Part shown: positions 38,832 through 46,781 of the stretch, one piece after another
Numbering within the stretch: position 1 is the first letter of the stretch
Layout of the letters: each line of letters starts with the position of its first letter
Assembly (NCBI RefSeq): GCF_025353885.1
Contig: NZ_JANXNX010000085.1
Coordinates: 13,308-77,307 of the forward strand
Direction: 5' to 3'
Source of the DNA: Sphingomonas sp.
GTDB lineage: Bacteria > Pseudomonadota > Alphaproteobacteria > Sphingomonadales > Sphingomonadaceae
Length of the DNA: 64,000 bases
Made by a program: the position numbers and the translations under genes
The notes under the pieces: generated by a model
Seen by the model: the letters and a program-made list of their open reading frames with translations, nothing else
What the model was told of the DNA's origin: nothing
The model's database searches: none

Positions 38832-39728
38832 ATGCCGGCGCGCAAACCCCTCACCGTCATCGTCAACAAGGGCGGCGGGGCCGCATCGCGCGCGGGTGAT
38901 GCGCTGGTCGATCAGGTCGAAGCGGCCTTTGCCGCCGCCGACTGCCCCGTCACCGTCGCAGCCGTCGCGGGGAAAGACATCGCGTCCTGCGTTGAAAAAG
39001 CCGCCAAATCGGGCACGGTCGTCGTCGGTGGGGGCGACGGCACCTTGGGGTCGGCCGCAGCGCTGCTTGTCGATACCAAGACGACACTGGGCATCCTGCC
39101 GCTGGGAACGCGCAACCACCTCGCCCGCGAACTCGGGATTCCGATGGACCTGCCCGGAGCGGCAAGGATCATCGCCGACGGTCATAAACGCCGGATCGAC
39201 CTGTCCAGCGTCAATGACCACATTTTTGTCAACAATGCGTCGATCGGGCTGTACCCGGCCATGGTCCGCGCCCGTGAGGATTTGCAGGAGCGTCACGGCC
39301 TGCCCAAATGGATCGCCAATCTGCCCGCCGGCTGGCACACGCTCGGCACGCTGCGCCACCATCGGCTGCGCGTTGCGATGGACGGAGCCCCCCGGCCGAT
39401 CCGCACGCCGCTGCTGTTTGTGGGCAACAATGTCTATTCGCTCGATCTGGGCAAGGTGGGCCAGCGCGATGCGCTCGACGACGGCAAGCTGTCGGTCTTT
39501 GCGGTCGCCCCGAACAGCCGCGCCGGGCTGATCGGCTTCGGCCTGCGCGCCATGATTGGCAGGACCGAACCTGGCCGCGATTTCGCCACGGTCGGCGTGT
39601 GCGAGACGATGACGCTGTCGGCGCGCGCCAACACGATCGAGGTCGCGACCGATGGCGAGATCCTGCGATTAAAGACGCCGCTGACCTTCAAGGTGCTGCC
39701 GCGCGCGCTCGAGGTTTTTGCGGCCTGA
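38832..39728 (+). CDS. Diacylglycerol kinase-family lipid kinase (YegS/LCB5-like)
   Basis: DAGK catalytic-domain motifs VVVGGGDGTLG and LGILPLGTRNHLAREL. 298 aa. Confidence 0.85.
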   Translation: MPARKPLTVIVNKGGGAASRAGDALVDQVEAAFAAADCPVTVAAVAGKDIASCVEKAAKSGTVVVGGGDGTLGSAAALLVDTKTTLGILPLGTRNHLARELGIPMDLPGAARIIADGHKRRIDLSSVNDHIFVNNASIGLYPAMVRAREDLQERHGLPKWIANLPAGWHTLGTLRHHRLRVAMDGAPRPIRTPLLFVGNNVYSLDLGKVGQRDALDDGKLSVFAVAPNSRAGLIGFGLRAMIGRTEPGRDFATVGVCETMTLSARANTIEVATDGEILRLKTPLTFKVLPRALEVFAA

Positions 39729-39880
39729 GTGGTGCGGCTAACATGGCCCTCGATCGTTAGGCCGCATCGCCCCCGCCCCCGCCCCAAAACCAAATACCGT
39801 TTACACGGCCTTAACCATTCCCCGTCTATTCAGAGCCGGAAGACAGTTTTCCGTAAATCAACTCTTGGAGTGGCGATCCC

Positions 39881-41176
39881 ATGCGCATTTATCTGGCCCT
39901 TTTGGGTGCAACAGCATTAACCGCATGTGGCGGCAGTGGTCCGACGACGATTGGTGGTACAGCGATCAACAGCGGAGCGGGTGCCGTCGACACATTCGTC
40001 ACGCCGACCACGCCCAAAACCTATACGGCGCAGGGCGCATTTCAGACTTATAGCTATAATTACACTGAGCGCGTTCACTACAACAAGACGCAGGCCACCG
40101 ACCCATTGACCGGGATGCCGATGGTCGATGCTTCAGGAAACCCCATTCTCGCGATTGATCCCAACTCGCGGACGATCCTTGGCGTAGCCCAGCAGAACCA
40201 GCTTTATGCGGGCAATGCCAGTACCGTGCGCAGCCCCGCGGTGACGGTCACCTACGATCCCCGCAATGCCCAGTTCACGCTGGCGATTGTTGATTATGCC
40301 GTTAACCAGTCCATCGTGTTCCAGGATCCGTTGCATCGTACCGATTTTAGCGGCGCACGGACACCGCAGATCGGTGTGCCCAACCTTGAGGTCGGCGACC
40401 CGTCGACTTGGCGAACCAAGGGCGTTCAGTATCTGGAGGTCAACAGCGGCGGCACCGCGACGGTCGTCGACAAGACCACCTTTTTCTACGAATTGCCCGG
40501 CACGACGACCCAATATGTCACCTATGCCGGCTATGTCCGCAATCATTTCGACGACCCCGTCGAAACCATCGTGGCCGATTCGCCCACGCAGCAGATCGCC
40601 GACATCCGGCGGGCGACAAAGCTCGACCGCGGTGCCTTCGTCTTTGGCCAGGTCACGCCGAACAGCTCAGTTCCGACCACGGGATCGGGCACCTTCAACG
40701 GCAACATGATCGCATCGATGGTCAATAACCCGGATTTCGACACCAACCGCGCGGCAATGACCTATTTCCAGTGGATTTCGGGAACCGCCAACGTCAACGT
40801 CAACTTCCAGTCGGGCGCCGTCACCACGACGCTCAGCGGCACCGTCGGCGCGCCGCTGATCGATCCGTCACCGATCAAGCCATCAACCAACAGCTTCGTC
40901 CCGCCGCCGAGCGCGATCGCAGCCGGATCGACCTTCACCGCCACCTCGGCGGGTCGAATCGACCTGGTGACGACGGGCGGCTTTACTGGCACCTTCAACG
41001 CAGCCGGCTTCACCGGAGCGGGCGCGCCCAAGCCCGTGGACATCGCCGGAAGTTCGCTCGATGGCGCCTTCTATGGCCCGGCGGCAAACGAGGTCGGTGC
41101 ATCGTTCCGCATCGTCGGCGGCATCCCCGACCAGCGTGTCGACATCGTCGGTTCGTTCACAGCCAAGGGACCCTGA
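39881..41176 (+). CDS. Surface lipoprotein candidate with TbpB-like C-terminal 8-stranded beta-barrel
   Basis: Lipobox ALTAC-GGSG at the N-terminus. The C-terminal region GSGTFNGNM...ISGTANVNVNFQSGAVTTTLSG...GGFTGTFNAAGF...SLDGAFYGPAANEVGASFRI...VGSFTAKG has the pattern of the transferrin-binding-protein-like barrel (GxFYGP..A.E.GG.F). It lies immediately upstream of a DUF560 gene. Confidence 0.75.
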   Translation: MRIYLALLGATALTACGGSGPTTIGGTAINSGAGAVDTFVTPTTPKTYTAQGAFQTYSYNYTERVHYNKTQATDPLTGMPMVDASGNPILAIDPNSRTILGVAQQNQLYAGNASTVRSPAVTVTYDPRNAQFTLAIVDYAVNQSIVFQDPLHRTDFSGARTPQIGVPNLEVGDPSTWRTKGVQYLEVNSGGTATVVDKTTFFYELPGTTTQYVTYAGYVRNHFDDPVETIVADSPTQQIADIRRATKLDRGAFVFGQVTPNSSVPTTGSGTFNGNMIASMVNNPDFDTNRAAMTYFQWISGTANVNVNFQSGAVTTTLSGTVGAPLIDPSPIKPSTNSFVPPPSAIAAGSTFTATSAGRIDLVTTGGFTGTFNAAGFTGAGAPKPVDIAGSSLDGAFYGPAANEVGASFRIVGGIPDQRVDIVGSFTAKGP

Positions 41177-41177
41177 C

Positions 41178-42536
41178 ATGAAGCAGGCCGCCAAGGGCCT
41201 GCTACTCGCCGCGACATTGTTCTCACCCGCCCTGGCCCATGCCGAGGCGGTGGCGGGTCACTGTGTCGACGGCGTGTGCCGGGTTACACTCACCGCCGAC
41301 CAGTTGCTTGCCAAGGCATCGCAACTGGTTGCCGAACGCCAATTCGACCAGGCCCGTCCGATGGTCGCCGCGCTTTCCAACGTTGCCGCGTTCCGAATGC
41401 AGACGCATTTCCTGACCGGATTCATCGCGGTTGAAACCGGCGATACCGAAAGCGCGGTTCGCGAATTTCGGGCCGCGCTCGTCGGCAATCCGGGGCAGAC
41501 ACGAATTCGTCTGGAACTCGCCCGCGCGTTGATGATGCAGGGCAACCGCGACGCCGCCGACTATAATTTCCGCCTTGCCGAACAGGATGCAAAGCTTCCG
41601 CCGGAAATCCAGGCGACGATCCGCGCGTCTCGCGGACTGCTGCGCGACGGTCGTGACAAGCATCTGTCCTTCGACTTCGGGATCGCGCCCGACACCAATA
41701 TCACCAACGGCACCAACGCGCAGACCGTCGACCTGGTTTATGGCAACCAGACCGTACCGCTGACGCTCACCGGTAACGCGCGGTCGCGTTCGGGCATTGG
41801 CCAGACCGCCAGCCTTTCGGCGGGCATCCGGCACCATGTCGCGGAAAACATCGCGCTGCTGGCCGACGTCGATGGTCAGGGCGTCAATTACAAGGGCCAG
41901 AGCGCCGACGATTTTACCGGACAATTCTCGGTCGGACCCGAAATCAAGCTGTCCGATCGCACCGTGATCAGCCTCCAGGGCATCGCCAGCCAGCGCTATT
42001 ATGGCGGGGAACGGGCGGCGACCCAATTCGGCGGGCGCGCCAATGTCGAACATACCCTCAACGCCGGGCAACGGGTCGGGCTGACAATCGATTCGCGTCA
42101 TACCGCGTCGGGGTTCAGTCCCGATTATAACGGGTGGACGACGGGTGCCTATGCCACCTACGAACGCGTCGTCATGCGCTCAATGGTCGCCAGCGCAAGC
42201 CTGTTCTACCGCACCGAGCGGCTGAAATCGAAAATCTATTCCGATGACGAGATCGGCCTGAACCTGGGCATCGGTGGTGAATTGAAACACGGCATCAATG
42301 CCGGCATCTCGGGCGGGATCAGCCACGCCAGCTACAAGGCACCGCTTCTGTCGCTTTCGGCAAATCCTCGTGCCGATTGGCGCTACAATGCCCGCATCTA
42401 TGCCGGGTTGCGCTCCGTTCGCGTGCTTGGTTTCTCGCCGAGCGTCGCCTATACCTACTCGCGGATCGATTCGTCGATGATCCTGTATCAAAGCAACCGC
42501 TCGCGCCTGTCCTTTAATCTGGCCCGCTATTTTTAA
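41178..42536 (+). CDS. Surface lipoprotein assembly modifier (Slam, DUF560) outer-membrane protein
   Basis: Start ATG 41178 follows the upstream TGA stop (41174-41176) by a single nt (TGACATG, no overlap). Signal peptide MKQAAKGLLLAATLFSPALAHA, an N-terminal TPR-like region, then a beta-barrel region (HLSFDFGIAPDTNITNG...) ending in the aromatic terminus LARYF. The track start 41061 is over-extended. Confidence 0.75.
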   Translation: MKQAAKGLLLAATLFSPALAHAEAVAGHCVDGVCRVTLTADQLLAKASQLVAERQFDQARPMVAALSNVAAFRMQTHFLTGFIAVETGDTESAVREFRAALVGNPGQTRIRLELARALMMQGNRDAADYNFRLAEQDAKLPPEIQATIRASRGLLRDGRDKHLSFDFGIAPDTNITNGTNAQTVDLVYGNQTVPLTLTGNARSRSGIGQTASLSAGIRHHVAENIALLADVDGQGVNYKGQSADDFTGQFSVGPEIKLSDRTVISLQGIASQRYYGGERAATQFGGRANVEHTLNAGQRVGLTIDSRHTASGFSPDYNGWTTGAYATYERVVMRSMVASASLFYRTERLKSKIYSDDEIGLNLGIGGELKHGINAGISGGISHASYKAPLLSLSANPRADWRYNARIYAGLRSVRVLGFSPSVAYTYSRIDSSMILYQSNRSRLSFNLARYF

Positions 42537-42603
42537 GTCGCGCTGGACTTAATCCCACACAAGCCTTGCGGCGACCCTTTGCAAAAGCCATAGGGTGGCC
42601 CCC

Positions 42604-42840
42604 ATGAAAACACGCGTCTTCGTGACTCTCAAAACCGGTGTGCTGGACCCGCAGGGCAAGGCCATTCATCACGCCCTTGAAGGGCTGGGCTTTACCGGCG
42701 TCAACGACGTTCGACAGGGCAAACTGATTGAGCTCGACCTTGCCGATGGCACCAGCAATGCCGAAATCCAGGCAATGTGCAGCAAATTGCTCGCCAATAC
42801 AGTGATTGAAAATTTCAGGATCGAGACCGACCAGGCATGA
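42604..42840 (+). CDS. purS: Phosphoribosylformylglycinamidine synthase subunit PurS
   Basis: [30 protein letters not shown]..., 78 aa. It has an ATGA overlap with purQ. Confidence 0.93.
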   Translation: MKTRVFVTLKTGVLDPQGKAIHHALEGLGFTGVNDVRQGKLIELDLADGTSNAEIQAMCSKLLANTVIENFRIETDQA

Positions 42841-43502
42841 AGTCGGCAGTCATCGTTTTTCCCGGATCGAATTGTGATCGCGACCTTGCGACCGCGCTTC
42901 GAGACATTACCGGTGATGCGCCCGCGATGGTGTGGCATGGCGACGCGGTGCTACCCGACGGGCTCGACCTGATCGCGGTACCGGGTGGCTTTTCTTACGG
43001 CGACTATCTCCGTTCGGGCGCGATGGCGGCGCGCTCGCCCGTCATGCGCGCCGTGGTCGATGCCGCCGGACAGGGCCGTGCCGTGCTCGGCGTCTGCAAC
43101 GGTTTCCAGGTGCTGACAGAGGCTGGCCTGCTGCCCGGAGCGCTGATGCGCAATGCCGGGATACGCTTTGTCTGCCGCGATGTCCTGCTGACCGTGGCGA
43201 ACGCGGAGACCGCTTTTACCGGCCGCTACGAACCGGGCGAACGCATCACCGTCCCCGTCGCGCACCACGATGGCAATTATTTTGCCGATAACGAAACGCT
43301 CGATCGGCTGGAGGGCGAAGGCCGCGTCGCGCTGCGTTATGCCGAACCGGTCAACGGCTCGGCGCGTGACATTGCAGGAATCGTCAACGACGCGGGCAAT
43401 GTGCTCGGGATGATGCCGCACCCCGAACGCGTAGTCGAAAATGCGCATGGCGGCACCGATGGTCGCCGCCTGTTCGAGGGACTGGTCGCCGCGCTGGGCT
43501 GA
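42837..43502 (+). CDS. purQ: Phosphoribosylformylglycinamidine synthase subunit PurQ (glutaminase)
   Basis: [12 protein letters not shown], nucleophile context LGVCNGFQ and MMPHPER. Confidence 0.95.
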   Translation: MKSAVIVFPGSNCDRDLATALRDITGDAPAMVWHGDAVLPDGLDLIAVPGGFSYGDYLRSGAMAARSPVMRAVVDAAGQGRAVLGVCNGFQVLTEAGLLPGALMRNAGIRFVCRDVLLTVANAETAFTGRYEPGERITVPVAHHDGNYFADNETLDRLEGEGRVALRYAEPVNGSARDIAGIVNDAGNVLGMMPHPERVVENAHGGTDGRRLFEGLVAALG

Positions 43503-43636
43503 GCCTGTCCTACAGCGCACGGAAAGCCTATTGGGCGTCGATAGCTTTTTTTGGGCCACAGCGTTCGCTAATCCAAACAACCGATAATTTCCGTCTCGCG
43601 ACCTTTTATTACCGATTTGCTGCGATTCCTGTGACT

Positions 43637-44365
43637 CTAGACCCGCGCACGGAATGGCGTGAAATCGGTGCCTTCGTCGAAAACATCCACCCCCTCGCTG
43701 CGCTTCAGATATCCGACCACGGCATAGGTCAGCGGGGTGAGCAAAATTTCCCAGGCAACTTTCAAGGCCCAGTTGGTGACCATCACCGTCAGCACCAATT
43801 CGTGCGTCCACCCCTCGGCGCCCCAGAATGCCAGCGGATAGAAGATCAGGCTGTCGACCCCCTGCCCCACTACTGTCGAACCGATCGTCCGACTCCACAA
43901 ATGCTTGCCCCGTGTCGCGACCTTCATCTTTGCCATAACGAACGCATTGACCAGCTCGCCCGCCCAGAACGCCGCGCACGACGCCAGCACGATTCGCGGA
44001 ACCTGGCCGAACACCGCGTCATAGGCTGGCTGGTTGGTCCACCCGGGTGCGGGCGGCAGGCTGGTCACCACCCACGACATGAACGCCATGAAGACCACCG
44101 CCGCGAACCCCGCCCACACGCACCGCCGCGCGCGGGCAAATCCATAAACCTCGGTCAGGACGTCGCCGATCAAATACGACAAGGGAAAGAACAAGATTCC
44201 CGCACCGAAACTATAGCCCCACAGTGTCGCGACCTTCCCGGCCCCGATGACATTGGACAGCAACAGGATCGCAACGAACGCCGCCATGACGAAATCGAAC
44301 CAGCGAAACCCGTCGCGTCCGATGGCGGCGGCGCTGATCGCGACGGTTTTACGGGGATCGTTCAT
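43637..44365 (-). CDS. yhhQ: Queuosine precursor transporter (YhhQ/DUF165 family)
   Basis: 242 aa, polytopic, with LLLSNVIGAGKV...FPLSYLIGDVLTEVYG typical of the family. Confidence 0.85.
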   Translation of the reverse strand: MNDPRKTVAISAAAIGRDGFRWFDFVMAAFVAILLLSNVIGAGKVATLWGYSFGAGILFFPLSYLIGDVLTEVYGFARARRCVWAGFAAVVFMAFMSWVVTSLPPAPGWTNQPAYDAVFGQVPRIVLASCAAFWAGELVNAFVMAKMKVATRGKHLWSRTIGSTVVGQGVDSLIFYPLAFWGAEGWTHELVLTVMVTNWALKVAWEILLTPLTYAVVGYLKRSEGVDVFDEGTDFTPFRARV

Positions 44366-44407
44366 TGCAGTAGAGCCTATCGCGTTTTCCCGCTAACGCA
44401 AAGCAAC

Positions 44408-44484
44408 GCGCCCGTAGCTCAGTTGGATAGAGCACGAGACTTCTAATCTTGAGGCCAGTGGTTCGAATCCACTCGGGCGCACCA
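44408..44484 (+). tRNA. tRNA-Arg (anticodon UCU)
   Basis: 77-nt cloverleaf. Acceptor GCGCCCG/CGGGCGC, D-arm GCTC-AGTTGGATA-GAGC, anticodon stem CGAGA/TCTTG with loop CTTCTAA, T-arm AGTGG-TTCGAAT-CCACT, encoded CCA. Confidence 0.9.
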
Positions 44485-44492
44485 ATATCCGG

Positions 44493-44684
44493 CTAGATTT
44501 CAAGCGGCTGAACCGCCTCCTTCAGGAGCCGCTTGACCTGGCGCACGACCGATGGAGCCATCAGGTGTTGATGGACATGTTCATAGCCCTCGCGGACCAG
44601 CGCCGTGCGGATTTCGATGGAGGTCCGGCAAGTGCCTTCACGCGCGAGTTCGAAGGCGCGGGCCAAAATGGTGGGCTTTTGCAT
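44493..44684 (-). CDS. Hypothetical small protein (63 aa)
   Basis: ATG preceded by a strong AAGGAG at -8. MQKPTILARAFELAREGTCRTSIEIRTALVREGYEHVHQHL... ends 8 nt from the tRNA-Arg 3' end. No family assigned. Confidence 0.55.
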   Translation of the reverse strand: MQKPTILARAFELAREGTCRTSIEIRTALVREGYEHVHQHLMAPSVVRQVKRLLKEAVQPLEI

Positions 44685-44797
44685 CTCGGCGCTCCTTTGC
44701 TGGGTTTCGCCTTCCTAAAAAAACGGTAAGCACTTGCAACGATTGATTCTGTCCGGTTCCAGACTAAACAAATCGGCTGCTCGCGCGTTCGCGGCTC

Positions 44798-45439
44798 ATG
44801 TCTTTCGATTCTATGAACCAAGTCGCGGCCTGGCTCGCCCCTGCTGCGACCATCATCGCAGCCGTGATGACTGCGGCCAACCTCGGCGCGCGGGTAACCG
44901 GCTGGGGTTTCATCGTCTTTACCATCGGTTCGGTCTGCTGGAGCCTGGTCGCGATAGGCACCGGCCAGCAGAACCTGCTCCTCACCAATGGTTTCCTGAC
45001 GCTGGTCAATGGGCTCGGCATCTGGCGCTGGCTTGGGCGACAATCTCGCTACGAAGAAGGCGGGGCCGATGCCGCACGGCGCAGCGCGGTGGCACCGGTG
45101 CCGACACTGATTGCGCTGGGATCAATTGCCGGTCGCAAGCTGGTCGATGAAAATGGCGAGGCGCTGGGCACAATCATCGACGGCATGATGCGCTGCTCGG
45201 ACCGGTCGCTTGCCTATGTTGTCGTCAGCGAAGGAGGCGTCGGTGGGGTCGGAGAACGTTTGCATGCCCTCGACCCTGCCTACCTCACTTTTCGAGATGA
45301 CAGGATTACGTGCACCCTTGACGCTACGGCGTTGGCAGCGTTGCCAGTCATACCAGCGGGAAAATGGCCAAAGGCAATCGCGACCGCAACGGAAAATCTC
45401 CCTGAAATCAGCGACGTACCTGCAACCTATCGGAGTTGA
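44798..45439 (+). CDS. Membrane protein with C-terminal PRC-barrel domain
   Basis: The N-terminal ~85 aa carry 3 TM segments. The C-terminal LIALGSIAGRKLVDENGEALGTIIDGMMRCSDRSLAYVVVSEGGVGGVGERLHALDPAYLTF fits the PRC-barrel pattern (G..V.d..G..lG.i.d...d....v.yvv). Confidence 0.65.
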   Translation: MSFDSMNQVAAWLAPAATIIAAVMTAANLGARVTGWGFIVFTIGSVCWSLVAIGTGQQNLLLTNGFLTLVNGLGIWRWLGRQSRYEEGGADAARRSAVAPVPTLIALGSIAGRKLVDENGEALGTIIDGMMRCSDRSLAYVVVSEGGVGGVGERLHALDPAYLTFRDDRITCTLDATALAALPVIPAGKWPKAIATATENLPEISDVPATYRS

Positions 45440-45468
45440 CCCCTAGACGTTGGCGGAAAACACGCTAT

Positions 45469-45482
45469 ATACCGTTCGGTAT
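45469..45482. promoter_or_regulatory. Palindrome ATACCGTTCGGTAT overlapping the tetR-family start codon (candidate operator)
   Basis: Inverted repeat ATACCG-NN-CGGTAT read directly. Related copies lie at 46150-46163 and 46103-46114. Confidence 0.35.
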
Positions 45483-46095
45483 GGAACAGGATGTCTGCAT
45501 CGCATTGCCAAAGGGCAGGCCACGGGAGTTCTGCCTTGATCAGGCCTTGGCCGCGGCGTTGATCGTGTTCTGGCGTCGTGGATACGAGGGCGCGTCGATG
45601 ACCGAATTGACGGCGGCGATGGGCATTACCAAGCCAAGCCTTTATGCCGCCTTTGGCAATAAAGAAGCATTGTTTCACAAGGCTCTCGATCTTTATGAGC
45701 GCGAGAAGCTGGCATATGTCGGTGCAGCGCTGGAGCAACCCACGGCGCGCCTGGTTGCCGAAAAACTGATGCTCGGCACGCTTGAAATGCAGTCTGGCAC
45801 GTCGGATCCCAAGGGGTGCTTGGCGGTCATCAGTTCGGTAGCCTGTTCCGCCGAGTCGGAATCGATTAAGGCGGACGTCGCGAGCCGGCGTGAATCGTCC
45901 ACGGCCGCTCTGGTCGCTCGGTTCCAGACGGCGCAGGATAATGGCGAGTTACCCGACGGCCTGGATGCCCGGTCGCTGGCCCGCTATTTGTTAGCCTTGA
46001 TGCAGGGCATGTCGATCCAAGCCAGCGGGGGCGCAACCTGTGCTGAACTTCGCCAGTTGGTGGACACCATCATGATCGTTTGGCCGACCCGCTAA
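45481..46095 (+). CDS. TetR/AcrR-family transcriptional regulator
   Basis: The HTH region ALIVFWRRGYEGASMTELTAAMGITKPSLYAAFGNKEALF is the TetR_N signature. Start moved to ATG 45481, and no SD is visible. It lies upstream of an RND efflux operon. Confidence 0.85.
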   Translation: MEQDVCIALPKGRPREFCLDQALAAALIVFWRRGYEGASMTELTAAMGITKPSLYAAFGNKEALFHKALDLYEREKLAYVGAALEQPTARLVAEKLMLGTLEMQSGTSDPKGCLAVISSVACSAESESIKADVASRRESSTAALVARFQTAQDNGELPDGLDARSLARYLLALMQGMSIQASGGATCAELRQLVDTIMIVWPTR

Positions 46096-46149
46096 ATTTA
46101 ATTACTGACCGGTACAAATATCGGTTGACGCAGCGCAATATCTTAATCT

Positions 46150-46163
46150 ATACCGACTGGTAT
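46150..46163. promoter_or_regulatory. Palindrome ATACCGACTGGTAT overlapping a putative -10 of the efflux operon promoter (candidate TetR operator)
   Basis: TTGACG (46125-46130), 18-nt spacer, TATACC (46149-46154). The palindrome shares ATACCG..(C/T)GGTAT with the site at 45469-45482. Confidence 0.35.
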
Positions 46164-46373
46164 TGAAGTTGCACTCGCCATCGGGTGCGACAGACAAAGG
46201 ATCTACGTTCATGGCAACACCAAAAACCTGATCCTTCGCGGGGCGTCATAGCCTCCGCTGACGACATAACTGCCAGTGAAGACGTGGCAGCCAATCATCT
46301 CAGCCTGAAGAGGGCCCTTTCCAACCTGCCGGTTCGGGAAGCCGATCTTTTGGGTCAATTTGGGGAAAATCAC

Positions 46374-46781
46374 ATGGCTTACATGGACACCAGCAACGCC
46401 TTCGCCATACCCACGGCTTCGTCAGACCGCGGCAACGCGGTCAGCTTTGCCGATGTCGCGCGATCGACCTTTACGGCACTGGAGTGGAGCGTCATCGCCC
46501 TTGCCCGACGGGACAGCCTGGCCAGTCTGAAGACACCGGGTCGCGTGGCCCGGGCGATGGGCTCGCTGTTCGGGCGGGGCACTCAATCCCGCCTGGCGGA
46601 TCCAAAGCTGGAGGCACTGCGCCGTCTGGCCATTCACGCCTGGCGTCGTGGGTTTGCGCTGCCCGTGTCCGAACTTGAGGAATTCGTTGCCGCGGGTCTC
46701 ACGATGGACAAGGCCGAAATACTTATTGCCAGCGTCGCCGGTGATCGCATCGCGCCACCCACGCGGAGGAAATCGGCATGA
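46374..46781 (+). CDS. Hypothetical protein (135 aa), first gene of the RND efflux operon
   Basis: ATG 46374 is preceded by GGGGAAA. The stop overlaps the adaptor-subunit start (ATGA). No TM segment, no signal peptide and no family recognised. The track start 46185 (GTG) is possible but lacks an RBS. Confidence 0.5.
   Translation: MAYMDTSNAFAIPTASSDRGNAVSFADVARSTFTALEWSVIALARRDSLASLKTPGRVARAMGSLFGRGTQSRLADPKLEALRRLAIHAWRRGFALPVSELEEFVAAGLTMDKAEILIASVAGDRIAPPTRRKSA

Noticed and set aside
39769-39785. (GCCCCC)x3 tract after the lipid-kinase gene, considered as a mini tandem repeat, CRISPR-like array or G-quadruplex on the minus strand.
   Set aside because: It has only three units of 6 nt, no spacers, and only three G5 runs where a canonical G4 needs four. 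It is most simply a GC-rich tail of the preceding hairpin (39734-39765).
39729-39880. Fur box or other metal-regulator site upstream of the TbpB-like lipoprotein gene.
   Set aside because: Nothing resembles GATAATGATAATCATTATC or an obvious palindrome, so iron regulation cannot be claimed from sequence.
44366-44407. Possible preQ1 riboswitch in the yhhQ 5' leader, since YhhQ-family genes are sometimes preQ1-regulated.
   Set aside because: Only about 42 nt separate the yhhQ ATG from the tRNA-Arg gene. The sequence (rc: GCGTTAGCGGGAAAACGCGATAGGCTCTACTGCA) shows neither the preQ1-I hairpin with an A-rich tail nor a preQ1-II/III-like pattern.
44738-44760. GGAAC ... CGTT on the minus strand upstream of the 63-aa gene, considered as an EcfG-type promoter. 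A similar GGAAC lies upstream of the 64-aa gene at about 54838.
   Set aside because: The spacer is 14 nt at 44738-44760, against the consensus of 16-17. The 54838 site has no CGTT at the right distance.
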